Positions 53,736-63,966 of a DNA stretch of 64,000 nt are shown piece by piece. Below the pieces are notes generated by a model, which did not search any database, had not been told where the DNA came from, and worked only from the letters and a program-made list of their open reading frames with translations. This DNA comes from an uncultured Gammaproteobacteria bacterium. GTDB lineage: Bacteria; Patescibacteriota; Patescibacteriia; Magasanikbacterales; GWA2-37-8. Location: positions 38,978-102,977 of the forward strand of contig CAYOXC010000002.1 of NCBI GenBank assembly GCA_964407865.1, given 5' to 3'. Each line of letters begins with the position of its first letter. Position 1 is the first letter of the stretch. The translations under genes and the position numbers were made by a program.

Positions 53736-56657
53736 ATGTATAACTCCAAAAAAGAAGAACTTGAGATACTAAAATATTGGGAAGATCATAAATGTTTTGA
53801 AAAATCAGTGGAACATCGTCCGAAAGATAATCAGTACTCATTTTATGACGGCCCCCCTTTTGCCACTGGCTTGCCTCATTATGGTCATATCGTGGCTTCT
53901 TTAATGAAAGATATTGTACCGCGTTATTTTACCATGCGGGGATTTAGAGTTGAGCGTCGTTGGGGTTGGGATTGTCATGGGTTGCCGGTTGAAAATATTG
54001 TTGAGCAAGATCTGAATCTGAAAAGCAAAAAGGATATTGAAAATTATGGATTAGACAATTTTTGCACTGCCTGCCGTTCGTCAGTTTTAACTTATGTAAA
54101 TGAATGGAAGAAAACTGTGAAACGCATGGGGCGCTGGGTAGATATGGAAAGCGATTATAAAACCATGGACATGCCTTTTATGGAAAGTGTCTGGTGGGTA
54201 TTTGGCGAGCTTTGGAAGAGGAATCTAATATACAAAGGCTATAAGCCAATGCATATTTGTCCTCGTTGTGAGACGCCTTTGTCAAATTTTGAGGTTACTC
54301 AGGGCTACAAAGATGTTGAAGACATTTCTACAACAGCAAAATTTAAACTTATTAATCCTGAAAAAGCAGATTTGCCTAATAATACTTTTATTCTCGCTTG
54401 GACGACAACACCTTGGACTCTGCCCGGCAATGTGCTTTTAGCGGTTAATAAAGAAATTAAATATTTATTGGTTGAGGTGGAGGGCGAAGATGGAAATTAT
54501 ATTGTGGCTGAAGAACGGGCCGAAGATGTTTTGAAGGAACGAAATTATAAAAAGATAAAACAAATTAATGGGAAAAATTTAGTTGGATTAAAATACGAAC
54601 CGCTTTTTCCTTATTTTAAAGATACGCCTAATGCATTTCGTGTATTACACGGTGATTTTGTTTCTGTGGTAGATGGCACCGGAGTAGTCCACATTGCCCC
54701 TGCATTTGGAGAAGATGATTTTAATGTGGGTCAAATCGAAGGTTTGCCTTTGGTGCAGCATGTTAAAATGAACGGCCGTTTTGTTCCAGAAGTATCTGAT
54801 TTTGCTGATATTGAAGTTAAGTCAAAAGAAGATCCTTTGGCTGCTGATAAAAAAATAGTTGCTTGGCTAAAAGAAAATGGCAAATTGTTTAGCCAGGAAA
54901 TGTATAGGCATTCATATCCGCATTGCTGGCGCTGTGATACGCCACTGCTTAATTACGCCACAGCCAGTTGGTTTGTAAAAGTGACGGATTTAAAAAATAA
55001 ACTTTTAGAAAATAATAAACAGATTAATTGGGTTCCCGAACATATTAAAGAAGGCAGATTTGGTCTCTGGCTTGAAGGGGCGCGCGACTGGGCGATTTCC
55101 AGGAATCGTTTTTGGGGCACGCCACTGCCGGTTTGGGAAAATAAAGACGGTGAACCTCTCTGTATTGGTTCGGTTGAGGAATTAGAAAAGCTAACTGGAG
55201 AAAAAATTACTGATATTCATAAAAATATTCTTGATAAAATAGTTATTACTAAAGACGGTAAAGAGTATCATCGTATTCCCGAGGTGTTGGATTGCTGGTT
55301 TGAATCTGGTTCTATGCCTTATGCGCAAATGCACTATCCTTTTGAAAATAAAGAAAAATTTGAAGATAATTTTCCGGCTGAATTTATAGCTGAAGGCCAG
55401 GATCAAACACGCGGATGGTTTTATACTTTGCATGTATTAGCCACTGCGTTAACTAGTGGAAAAGACAAGGCGATTCCAACCAAGGAAAGCAAGCCGGCGT
55501 TTAAGAATTGCATTGTCAACGGTATTGTTTTGGCTGAGGATGGCAAAAAAATGGCTAAACGCCTTAAAAATTATCCTGAACCAGAAATAATATTGGATCA
55601 ATTTGGAGCTGATGCTTTGCGTTATTATTTGTGCTCTTCGCCGGTGATGGAAGCGGAGAATTTAAATTTTTCCGAAAGCGGAGTGAGAGAAGTATTTAAT
55701 AAATTAATAAATACTCTTTGGAATGTCTTTGAATTTTATCGGATGTATGAAACAAAAGATAAAATAGCCCAGATTAATAGTGATAATTTGTTGGATAAAT
55801 GGATTTTAGCTAAATTACAAATATTGATTAAGCAAATAACCAAAGGAATGGAAGAATACCGATTGGTTGGCGCCAGTCGTCCAATTATGGAATTTGTCAC
55901 TGAATTATCGCAGTGGTATGTTCGCCGATCAAGAGATCGGTTTAAATCCTCAGATATAAACGAGCGCATTGCCGCCGTCAATGTTTTGAGGGAAGTTTTA
56001 TTTACATTATCTAAATTAATCGCCCCCTTTACTCCGTTTATGGCAGAAAAAATTTACCTTGAACTTCAGGGTGAATTGGAATCAGTCCATCTTGAAAATT
56101 GGCCTGAGGTAAATGAAAGATATTTGGACGAGAATATTATTGCCGATATGTTAATAGTAAGAAAGATCGTTGAAAACGGTTTGGCACTCAGAGCTGAAAA
56201 AGCAATCCGGGTTAGACAGCCGCTTCGCGAGTTGGTAATTAACAATGACGAGCTAACGGATGAATTGAAAAATATTATTAAAGAAGAATTAAACATTAAG
56301 GAAGTTGTGATGGCAAAAAAGATGCCTGAGAGCGAAGAGTGGGCAATAAAAGAAGACGGCGAGCTAAAAGTGGCGCTAAATTTAACGATCAGTGAAGAGT
56401 TGAAAAAAGAAGGTTTGCTTCGCGAACTAATTCGCACCATCAATCAAATGCGCAAAGAGGCGAAATTATCCATGACTGATCAGGTAAAAATGATTTACAG
56501 TACCAATGACGCAGATTTAAAAGTTGTGTTTGATCAGTTTAGCGACAAGCTTAAGGAAAGCGTGGTAGCGAAAGAAATTGAAGAAGGCGAAACTGAAGGG
56601 TCAAAAGAGCAGTTAATTGACGGACGGACTATAACAATAAAATTGTTAGTTAAATAA
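53736..56657 (+). CDS. ileS: Isoleucyl-tRNA synthetase
   Basis: HIGH (HYGH) and KMSKS (KMAKR) class I motifs; CP1 editing domain. Start at the internal ATG after the leader. Confidence 0.95.
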   Translation: MYNSKKEELEILKYWEDHKCFEKSVEHRPKDNQYSFYDGPPFATGLPHYGHIVASLMKDIVPRYFTMRGFRVERRWGWDCHGLPVENIVEQDLNLKSKKDIENYGLDNFCTACRSSVLTYVNEWKKTVKRMGRWVDMESDYKTMDMPFMESVWWVFGELWKRNLIYKGYKPMHICPRCETPLSNFEVTQGYKDVEDISTTAKFKLINPEKADLPNNTFILAWTTTPWTLPGNVLLAVNKEIKYLLVEVEGEDGNYIVAEERAEDVLKERNYKKIKQINGKNLVGLKYEPLFPYFKDTPNAFRVLHGDFVSVVDGTGVVHIAPAFGEDDFNVGQIEGLPLVQHVKMNGRFVPEVSDFADIEVKSKEDPLAADKKIVAWLKENGKLFSQEMYRHSYPHCWRCDTPLLNYATASWFVKVTDLKNKLLENNKQINWVPEHIKEGRFGLWLEGARDWAISRNRFWGTPLPVWENKDGEPLCIGSVEELEKLTGEKITDIHKNILDKIVITKDGKEYHRIPEVLDCWFESGSMPYAQMHYPFENKEKFEDNFPAEFIAEGQDQTRGWFYTLHVLATALTSGKDKAIPTKESKPAFKNCIVNGIVLAEDGKKMAKRLKNYPEPEIILDQFGADALRYYLCSSPVMEAENLNFSESGVREVFNKLINTLWNVFEFYRMYETKDKIAQINSDNLLDKWILAKLQILIKQITKGMEEYRLVGASRPIMEFVTELSQWYVRRSRDRFKSSDINERIAAVNVLREVLFTLSKLIAPFTPFMAEKIYLELQGELESVHLENWPEVNERYLDENIIADMLIVRKIVENGLALRAEKAIRVRQPLRELVINNDELTDELKNIIKEELNIKEVVMAKKMPESEEWAIKEDGELKVALNLTISEELKKEGLLRELIRTINQMRKEAKLSMTDQVKMIYSTNDADLKVVFDQFSDKLKESVVAKEIEEGETEGSKEQLIDGRTITIKLLVK

Positions 56658-56700
56658 CCGCGTGTTATAATTTTTCTAGTTAGTAATAATAGTTAAATAT

Positions 56701-57342
56701 ATGTCATTAAAACTTCAGATTGTTATTTTTTTAGTAATAGTTGCTTTGGGTGTTGGCGGTTACTTTGGATGGAATGTGTATTCTGAACGTTATCAGGTGA
56801 AGGCTTTTTCCTTTGACCTTGATGATATAGTTGATAATGCGTTCTATGCTGCTTATAAGGCATATATGTCTTGGGTTGATAAAGGTGTAGTGGGAAGCAG
56901 TAATTATAAATTAAAAACTGCATTGAGAAATCAACTGCAGCCATATTATGAAAGTGATTTAAAGGATGTCAGGTTTGCTTATACTACAAGGTTTAATAAT
57001 TTGGGGATGACTGACTGCAACCGAATATATTTTGGCAACAAAGATATTGTTGATAAGTTAAGAAATAACAAAGAATTGTCCAAAAGCCAACTTTGGTGGC
57101 TGGCACATGAAATTGGACACACTGAACAGTGCGACAGAGTCGGAGGCAGAAAAAAATACGCTTTGCGCTGGTTTAAAGAAGTGCAGAGAACGGCTTTGAA
57201 CAGTATAAAAAAAGGCGAATTCAAAAATATTATAAGCGATATTTTCAACGCTCAGAAATTAGCCAAATATGACAATAATATGCCAATGGAAGAGGAGGCT
57301 GACGCAAAGGCAGAAATTATAGTGAAGGCGCTTAAGCCTTAA
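56701..57342 (+). CDS. Membrane-anchored putative zinc metallopeptidase (HExxH)
   Basis: N-terminal TM helix and an AHEIGHTEQ zincin motif. Confidence 0.5.
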   Translation: MSLKLQIVIFLVIVALGVGGYFGWNVYSERYQVKAFSFDLDDIVDNAFYAAYKAYMSWVDKGVVGSSNYKLKTALRNQLQPYYESDLKDVRFAYTTRFNNLGMTDCNRIYFGNKDIVDKLRNNKELSKSQLWWLAHEIGHTEQCDRVGGRKKYALRWFKEVQRTALNSIKKGEFKNIISDIFNAQKLAKYDNNMPMEEEADAKAEIIVKALKP

Positions 57343-57362
57343 ATTGATAATCAAAACTGGTT

Positions 57363-58361
57363 ATGACAATAGAACAAATCTATGAATTAGGTCTGAAAAT
57401 GGCCATTGCCGCTGACCCGCGCGGCGAAAACGGAGTAAAAAAATATCTTGCCAGAACAAAAAAAGAATTTGAGAAATCAGGCTCTGAAGACAAGAAATTT
57501 TTTGATCTGGAAATTTTAAAGAATCCTTATCCTGATAGTCGTTTGCATTTTGGCGAGGCAGATCAAAAAGTAAAAAGAGTATTAGCCGGCATAGATATTG
57601 GCTCGGCCGAAATTTTACTCGCTTCACAGCTCGGCGAGAGGGGGCGGCCGATTGATTTAATCATCGCTCATCATCCGGTAGGCAAGTCTTTGGCGGATTT
57701 GCACGGTGTTATGGATATGGCAGTTGAGGTTTACGAGCGATATGGCGTGCCGGTGCATGCGGCAGAAAAAATCATGGAAGACCGTATTAGGGAAGTTAGT
57801 CGAAGCGTACATCCGACCAATCATTATCAGATAGTTGATATTGCCCGACTGCTTAATATTGCCATTATGAACACACATACTTTTACTGATAATTTGGTGA
57901 GCAAGTTTGTTGGTAATTATATTTCTAAAAACAAGCCTGAAACCATCGGCGATCTTATCAGATTATTAACTGAAATTCCCGAATATGCCGAAGGCCGGCG
58001 CCGAGGAGCGGGACCGAAAGTGTTTGCCGGTTCAACAAAGCATAGAGTTGGTAAATTTATCATGGAAATGACTGGCGGAACCAATCCTTCCAATGAAGTC
58101 TATCAGGAATTATCGCGTGCCGGGATAAGTACAATTGTTGGCATGCATATGAAAGATGACGCGACCAAGAAAGCCAATGAGTTTCACATGAATGTGGTTG
58201 TTGCTGGACATATTTCTTCCGATTCTTTGGGAATGAATTTATTTTTAGATGAACTTGAAAAGCGCGGCGTGGAAGCGGTTACCTGTGGTGGTTTAATTCG
58301 CGTCAGCCGGAATAAAAAAATAAAAAATGTAGAATCTAGAAAAATAAAAAAACGCTCATAA
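57363..58361 (+). CDS. Nif3-family dinuclear metal-centre protein
   Basis: LIIAHHP and VVAGHISSD metal-binding motifs. Confidence 0.6.
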   Translation: MTIEQIYELGLKMAIAADPRGENGVKKYLARTKKEFEKSGSEDKKFFDLEILKNPYPDSRLHFGEADQKVKRVLAGIDIGSAEILLASQLGERGRPIDLIIAHHPVGKSLADLHGVMDMAVEVYERYGVPVHAAEKIMEDRIREVSRSVHPTNHYQIVDIARLLNIAIMNTHTFTDNLVSKFVGNYISKNKPETIGDLIRLLTEIPEYAEGRRRGAGPKVFAGSTKHRVGKFIMEMTGGTNPSNEVYQELSRAGISTIVGMHMKDDATKKANEFHMNVVVAGHISSDSLGMNLFLDELEKRGVEAVTCGGLIRVSRNKKIKNVESRKIKKRS

Positions 58362-58364
58362 TTT

Positions 58365-58934
58365 ATGATATCTCTTATTAGGGGAAAAGTTATATCAAAC
58401 AATGGGCCGGAAGTCGTCCTGATGACGGCAGGCGGTGTTGGTTATAAGATATTAGTCAATTCAACGAAAAGTGACGCTTGGGTTACCGGCACTGAGGTTG
58501 AAATTTTAACATATTTAGTTCAGCGAGAGGATTCAGTGGAATTATTTGGTTTTGGTACAGAGGCGGAACGCCAGTTGTTTTTGAAATTACTTTCTGTAAG
58601 CGGCATTGGTCCAAAAAGTGCTTTGCATATTTTATCATTGGGTGAGGTAAATGATATTAACGCGGCTATTAGCAGAGGTGATGTGGATTTTATGACAAAA
58701 GTAAGCGGGATTGGCAAAAAAACAGCCGAGCGTATTGTGGTGGAACTGAAATCCAAAATGGTTGATATAAATACAGTTCTCGGTGGAGAAAGGGGCAAGG
58801 CCACAGAAGTTATTGAAGGCCTAATTACTTTGGGTTATAGTGCGGCTGAAGCTCGTGAGGCAGTGAAAGATTTGTCGTCGGATTTACCGACCGAACAGCT
58901 AATGAGAGAAGCGTTGAAAAGATTTAAAAAATAG
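58365..58934 (+). CDS. ruvA: Holliday junction branch migration protein RuvA
   Basis: OB-fold N-terminus and two HhH motifs (SGIGPK, SGIGKKTAERI). Confidence 0.85.
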   Translation: MISLIRGKVISNNGPEVVLMTAGGVGYKILVNSTKSDAWVTGTEVEILTYLVQREDSVELFGFGTEAERQLFLKLLSVSGIGPKSALHILSLGEVNDINAAISRGDVDFMTKVSGIGKKTAERIVVELKSKMVDINTVLGGERGKATEVIEGLITLGYSAAEAREAVKDLSSDLPTEQLMREALKRFKK

Positions 58935-59019
58935 TTTTTTGCCGAGATTTTGAGTCAAAAAAGAACATCCAGATAATAGGATGTTTTTTTAACATTAATA
59001 ACCATTTTTTGGTGATCTC

Positions 59020-59048
59020 TTGACAAAAATCTTAAAATGCATTATGTT
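59020..59048 (+). promoter_or_regulatory. Near-consensus sigma70 promoter (TTGACA-17-TATGTT) driving the GC-rich RNA
   Basis: TTGACA at 59020-59025 and TATGTT at 59043-59048. Confidence 0.55.
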
Positions 59049-59054
59049 TATTTT

Positions 59055-59380
59055 TACAACCCAATGTCGCCTAGCGGGCAGTGGAAAAGGTGCGCGCCAC
59101 ATCGTGCCGGCGCCAACCACGCAACAAACAGCTAGGCCTTTGTCAGGCGGTTCCCGGCCTTTCGAAGGAAACATACAGGGATGCAGCCTTGGGAGATGGT
59201 CTCCTCTCACTATGGCCAAAGATTTTTTCGGAGGCCCGTGCGCTTGTTCTTTAGGGTGGCCCGCCCTATCAAAAAGCGCGCGAACCATCATGTTTCGGGG
59301 CACGGCCCCCTACGTCAAAACTGACGGAGGGGGCCATTTTAATTTTAAACGACCCAGATTTGGGTCGTTTGTTTATTTTG
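59055..59380 (+). ncRNA. GC-rich structured RNA of about 320 nt with its own promoter and terminator; possibly long-form SRP RNA
   Basis: Only spurious ORFs on both strands. GTCAGG..CCGG..GAAGGAAACA..CAG..AGCC resembles the SRP domain IV consensus. Terminator AAACGACCCA-GA-TTTGGGTCGTTT plus T-run at 59347-59380. Confidence 0.45.
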
Positions 59381-59657
59381 TTTCAGTTGTTTTTTTGCTG
59401 AAGATATTTTTCGTCATTGCCGTTACCCAGGGAATGTGAAGTATAAAATGCACCACTCCGATAATAATAAATCCTATGCCAAACCATTTATGCCAGTCAC
59501 CCCAGACGCGTTTAGTCACACCCCAGAATTCTTGGTAGCCGCTTTGTTTGATACCGCTTGGCAAAAAGAAAAAAATGACAAGCGCTGAAAAGGCAGTAAA
59601 TAAGAAACAAATTAAAAGCAGCCAATCAATAAAATAATTAGTTTTTGGTTTTACCAT
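59373..59657 (-). CDS. Small membrane protein (94 aa)
   Basis: Three hydrophobic helices. The stop abuts the ncRNA terminator. Confidence 0.45.
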   Translation of the reverse strand: MVKPKTNYFIDWLLLICFLFTAFSALVIFFFLPSGIKQSGYQEFWGVTKRVWGDWHKWFGIGFIIIGVVHFILHIPWVTAMTKNIFSKKTTETK

Positions 59658-59664
59658 AAGAATA

Positions 59665-61239
59665 TTAGTTAGATAATTTATTTCTCAGTAATTTTTCAAG
59701 CACTATTGGATCAGCTGAACCTTCCGAAGCTTTCATCGCCATACCAATTAAAAATTTAATTATTGGCTCCTTGCCGGCTTTAAATTGTGCCACCTGTTCA
59801 GGATAGCTTTTAATTACTTCGTCAATAATTTTACCTATTTTTCCCTCGTCGCTAACTTGGCCGTAACCCTTTTCTTCCATGATGTGCGTTGGGTCTTTGT
59901 CCGTGCCAGAATCAAGCATTTCATCAAGAATTTTTTGAGCGTTGGTGGAATTAACGCGGCTGGCATGTATTAAAGAAATCAGTTCTGCAAAATTTTCCGG
60001 TTTAATTTTTAATATACGAATATCAATTTTTCTTTCAGCCATAGCACCTGTCAGTTTGGTAGTAATCCAGCCACCGGCTAAATGCGCCAATTCTTTTTGT
60101 TTTTGCATGGTTATATCTTCCGCCATTTTTTTTGATTCAGGCAGGCTGGTCAGCCACTCCATAAGTTCGCTCATAACTTGTTCGGCAAAATCACTCCAGT
60201 TGGCATCGGAAGTGAGTAGTTGTGCGTCAGCAGAAGAAAAACCGTATTCGTCATGAAATCTAGACCTGCGAGCCGCTGGCAGTTCTGGCAATGTAATTTT
60301 TCCTGATATTTTTTCCGGTTCAAACGGCGGAATATCTGGTTCTGGAAAATAGCGGTAATCGGCTGAAGTTTCTTTTTCTCTTTGCAGATATGTTTCACCC
60401 TTATTATCATCCCAGCCGCGAGTTTGTTGAACCCAGACTTCTTTGTTTTCAATCATTTCTATTTGTCTTTTTATTTCGTAGGAAATTGCCTTTTCGATTG
60501 CACGAAAAGAATTGATATTTTTTAATTCAACTTTGGGATTTAGCTTGTAATCGCCTTTAGTTTTTATTTGGCCGTTTTTAATTTGAAATTTTCCTTCTTC
60601 CTGCATGGAAATATTTGCTTCACAGCGCATATGACCTTTTTCCATGTCAGCATCAGTAACACCGAGATAACGAAATATTGTCTGCAGTTCTTGGCAATAA
60701 GCCTTAGCTTCTTGGGCACTTTCAATATCTGGTTCAGATACTATTTCAACCAGTGGTACGCCGGCGCGGTTAAAATCCACCAAAGTATCACTTTTAGTAC
60801 TATGACGAAGTTTAGCCGTATCCTCTTCTAAATGAACTCGAGTGATGCCGATGGTAGGTGTTGCGCGTAAGTTGTCACTAGCGCGTAAATCTAGATCAAG
60901 AGAACCATGCTCTCCGATCGGCTCATCATATTGTGAAATTTGGTAGCCTTTAGGCAGGTCAGGATAAAAATAGTGTTTGCGATCAAATTTGCTCCATTTA
61001 TTAATTTTGCAGTTCAGAGCTTTAGCAATTTTTACCGTGTCAACGATTGCTTGTTTATTTGGCACAGGCAAAGTACCCGGGTGAGCCAGGCATATTTCGC
61101 AGATATTTGTGTTTGGCGCTTCGCGGTCAGGATTATTCGGGCAAGAGCAAAACATTTTGCTCTTTGTATTTAACTCAACATGAATCTCCATGCCAATAAT
61201 TGGTAGGTATTTGGGCATAAAATATGATATATTGTGCAA
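59665..61239 (-). CDS. gatB: Asp/Glu-tRNA amidotransferase subunit B
   Basis: IGMEIHVELNT N-terminus and a C-terminal YqeY-like domain. Confidence 0.9.
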   Translation of the reverse strand: MHNISYFMPKYLPIIGMEIHVELNTKSKMFCSCPNNPDREAPNTNICEICLAHPGTLPVPNKQAIVDTVKIAKALNCKINKWSKFDRKHYFYPDLPKGYQISQYDEPIGEHGSLDLDLRASDNLRATPTIGITRVHLEEDTAKLRHSTKSDTLVDFNRAGVPLVEIVSEPDIESAQEAKAYCQELQTIFRYLGVTDADMEKGHMRCEANISMQEEGKFQIKNGQIKTKGDYKLNPKVELKNINSFRAIEKAISYEIKRQIEMIENKEVWVQQTRGWDDNKGETYLQREKETSADYRYFPEPDIPPFEPEKISGKITLPELPAARRSRFHDEYGFSSADAQLLTSDANWSDFAEQVMSELMEWLTSLPESKKMAEDITMQKQKELAHLAGGWITTKLTGAMAERKIDIRILKIKPENFAELISLIHASRVNSTNAQKILDEMLDSGTDKDPTHIMEEKGYGQVSDEGKIGKIIDEVIKSYPEQVAQFKAGKEPIIKFLIGMAMKASEGSADPIVLEKLLRNKLSN

Positions 61240-61359
61240 CTATTTTAGCAATTTCAGCTTGATTAGGCAAATAGGCAGTAAATTAATAATGCTTAAATTT
61301 TTAAATAAATAAAAACGCCTCGAGTTAACCCCGCGGCGTTTAGATTTCTTCTATCTTAA

Positions 61360-62121
61360 TTATTTTTTTACTTCTGTTAGAGATTTTAGCACTGGGTTAT
61401 CCTTGGCGCTGAAGTACAAGAGTACTGTGGTAAGAGCAGTTAGAGGTGATACCAGAGAGCTTAATATGCTGTTAAGCACGCCATTAACAACTAAGAAAGC
61501 AAAGCTAGGCGGCATTATCATTTTTAGTATTGAGGTGACGGCGCTTATAAGAATAAAAAATATTACAGCGTAAAATAAACCGGGAGCCAAAAGACGCCAA
61601 AGTATTTTCCACCAGCGTCCGCTGACCAGAGATTTACTGGCTGAGAGAGCGGCGACACCGCGTTTTTCTTCAAATAATATGGTGTAATAGGTGAAGCCAT
61701 ACCAGATGCTAAAAATTATTCCTGGAATGACAAAAAGAATAGTTCCACCCATAACAATCAAAACCACAAGTAGTGAAGTATAAATAACCGGCCAAATTAA
61801 ATGCGAAGTAATGGAAAAAGATTCTTTATATCCAATGAATGATTTTTTAGTAACAAGCAAACCAAGATTTTTTGCCAAAGCCATAGTCACCCAGAGAGTA
61901 AAAATAATACAGGCGACAAAAACTGCCAGTGCAATGATATTGTTAGTTAAAACAAAGGCGCCAGTGGTGGCGTATTGGCCAATATACAATGATGCAATAC
62001 CGGCTAAACCAAGAACAAAATTCGGGACAAACAGAAAAACCATGTAGGGAATTAATTTTTTAAAATTTTCAGCGTAATACTGCCAGCTGTTGCCGATTAT
62101 CTCACCTGCTTTTATAAGCAT
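61360..62121 (-). CDS. Polytopic membrane protein (DUF975-like); paralog of 39188-39937
   Basis: Shared SGRWWKIL motif and topology. Confidence 0.55.
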   Translation of the reverse strand: MLIKAGEIIGNSWQYYAENFKKLIPYMVFLFVPNFVLGLAGIASLYIGQYATTGAFVLTNNIIALAVFVACIIFTLWVTMALAKNLGLLVTKKSFIGYKESFSITSHLIWPVIYTSLLVVLIVMGGTILFVIPGIIFSIWYGFTYYTILFEEKRGVAALSASKSLVSGRWWKILWRLLAPGLFYAVIFFILISAVTSILKMIMPPSFAFLVVNGVLNSILSSLVSPLTALTTVLLYFSAKDNPVLKSLTEVKK

Positions 62122-62131
62122 AAAAAGTAAT

Positions 62132-62836
62132 TTATTTAATTAATATTCGCCGCAAGAGAATTACGGCTTGTTCTTTCATTATATCAATTTCTACATTTGT
62201 CGGCAACTCTTTAATTTTGGCATCGCGGCCGAGAAAAGCATCGCGGAATTCTTCTGATTTATATTTTGCATCAAGCTCTTTTAAAAATTCCAGGCGTTCA
62301 AAAATAGCATCATCTTTTTTGTCCGATCTTTTGCCTAGTCGTTCAATCGCTTCTTCAGGAGTTAGGTTTAAAAGCACCAGATAGTCTGGACGATATTCAA
62401 GAGCCAGTTTATTTCCGGGCAGCTGGGAAAGAAAAGATATGTTCAATTCGTCTGACTGAAGAGATTGATAAGCGAGCGAAGATGAAACACCTCGGTCCTG
62501 AATAACGCATTTGCCTTCTTTGAGAAGAGGAATAATTAATTTAGTGTAAAGAATAAGACGGTCTAAAGAAAAAGCTTCAGCCACCGCTCTGGGCGGATAA
62601 TCTTCGCGCCTGACTAATTCATCACGAATTACCTGACCAACTCCGGTATAGCTGGGCTCACAGGAAAATATAAAATCATAAGATTTTAGCTCAGAGAGGT
62701 TTGGATAGCAACCATTCGTTTGCCAATATTTTTTTAAATCAAAAATAGCATTGCCAGATGCGGCAATATCTTCTTTCCAGGCATTGAGAATGGTGCTTTT
62801 ACCAGAACCATCAATGCCGTCAAGCATGATGAACAT
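62132..62836 (-). CDS. tmk: Thymidylate (dTMP) kinase-like P-loop kinase
   Basis: LDGIDGSGKST P-loop at the N-terminus and a DR(G) lid region. Confidence 0.6.
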   Translation of the reverse strand: MFIMLDGIDGSGKSTILNAWKEDIAASGNAIFDLKKYWQTNGCYPNLSELKSYDFIFSCEPSYTGVGQVIRDELVRREDYPPRAVAEAFSLDRLILYTKLIIPLLKEGKCVIQDRGVSSSLAYQSLQSDELNISFLSQLPGNKLALEYRPDYLVLLNLTPEEAIERLGKRSDKKDDAIFERLEFLKELDAKYKSEEFRDAFLGRDAKIKELPTNVEIDIMKEQAVILLRRILIK

Positions 62837-62853
62837 ATTAAGGGCAGATTTAA

Positions 62854-63966
62854 TTATTTATCTTTTGGCTTGAAATTGTATTCCGGATTGTACATTGTAG
62901 AGGCCCAGGAGGAAGATCCTTCTTCCATATTTACCCGAATATATTTAGCCAGTAGAGGCTGAATTTCATTTAGCTTTTGCCAGCAAGCTTGAGCAATGCG
63001 CCGGTAAGAGATGTGGCCTTTAAGCCCACTCCTGAGCGGGATAAAATGATGTAGTTCACGAAGGTTCCAAGTGAAAAGAGTGCGCTTTCGAAAAGCCAGA
63101 GGAACTACATATTGCGCTTCTTCTGGAAATTTAGAATGAATTTTTTCATACAACTCAACTGCTTTTTGTATGGTTTCATCATACTGTTTTTGAAATCCAG
63201 CCTCAATGATTTCTGTCGGAGTTTCATAGCCGTGCTCGATTGTAACGTCTTGATTGGTTTGGGTACAGATGCGGTGACGCTGGACATCGCGGAAAGCGCC
63301 GTAATCCATAAGGATATCAAAGGTATAATAAGAGTGTTCCAATTCACGAAGCGGCTGATCGAAAGATTCGCGGCGCGCCAGAGCCTCGTCAATCACTTTT
63401 TCTTTCATTTCATTAGACATTGAATCAACTTTATTTTTTATCTGTTTATAAGATTGAGTTGAGTGTTTATATAAAAGAGCAGTTACTAATTTATTTTCCG
63501 CGTCTTTATCATAATCTACTATTTCAACCGGCAGATTTGGTTCTGGTTTGTCAGTTAAAATTTCATCAGCTAATTTTTTTAAAGCGATATCAGTTTCTTT
63601 GATATACGCATTGGCATCGGCGAATTTTACCAAAGTAGGAGTAATTTTCATCGTTTCCGTTTTGAGCGCCTCGCCGATTTCATTCATTTCTTTGAGAGGA
63701 TGGGAGAGTAGTTTAACGATGGCTCGTTCTAGGTTTCTGGCGTTCATGGTAATACCAAGATTGGTCAAAGTAGCTGTCGGTAGCATGTAACGAATATTAT
63801 CGCAGGTACGCGCCTTCAGTGTGGCGGCATAGGCTTTGTCTGATTCTTTTTCTTTTTTCGGATATTTACTGCGGATAAATTCTTTCATTGGCTCTGAGAG
63901 TGCGGTATAAGAATCAAAGATTTCGTTCATTATATTCTCATACTCTTGCCCTAGCGGCGAAGTCAT
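62854..63966 (-). CDS. ThyX-like (FAD-dependent thymidylate synthase family) protein, long variant
   Basis: AFRDVQRHR contains the RHR signature. Adjacency to tmk supports a dTMP-pathway role. 370 aa is longer than canonical ThyX. Confidence 0.45.
   Translation of the reverse strand: MTSPLGQEYENIMNEIFDSYTALSEPMKEFIRSKYPKKEKESDKAYAATLKARTCDNIRYMLPTATLTNLGITMNARNLERAIVKLLSHPLKEMNEIGEALKTETMKITPTLVKFADANAYIKETDIALKKLADEILTDKPEPNLPVEIVDYDKDAENKLVTALLYKHSTQSYKQIKNKVDSMSNEMKEKVIDEALARRESFDQPLRELEHSYYTFDILMDYGAFRDVQRHRICTQTNQDVTIEHGYETPTEIIEAGFQKQYDETIQKAVELYEKIHSKFPEEAQYVVPLAFRKRTLFTWNLRELHHFIPLRSGLKGHISYRRIAQACWQKLNEIQPLLAKYIRVNMEEGSSSWASTMYNPEYNFKPKDK

Noticed and set aside
59020-59439. ORFs 58995-59303 (minus) and 59020-59439 (plus)
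   Set aside because: They lie inside a promoter- and terminator-bounded GC-rich block, overlap on both strands and have no RBS. Treated as an ncRNA gene instead.
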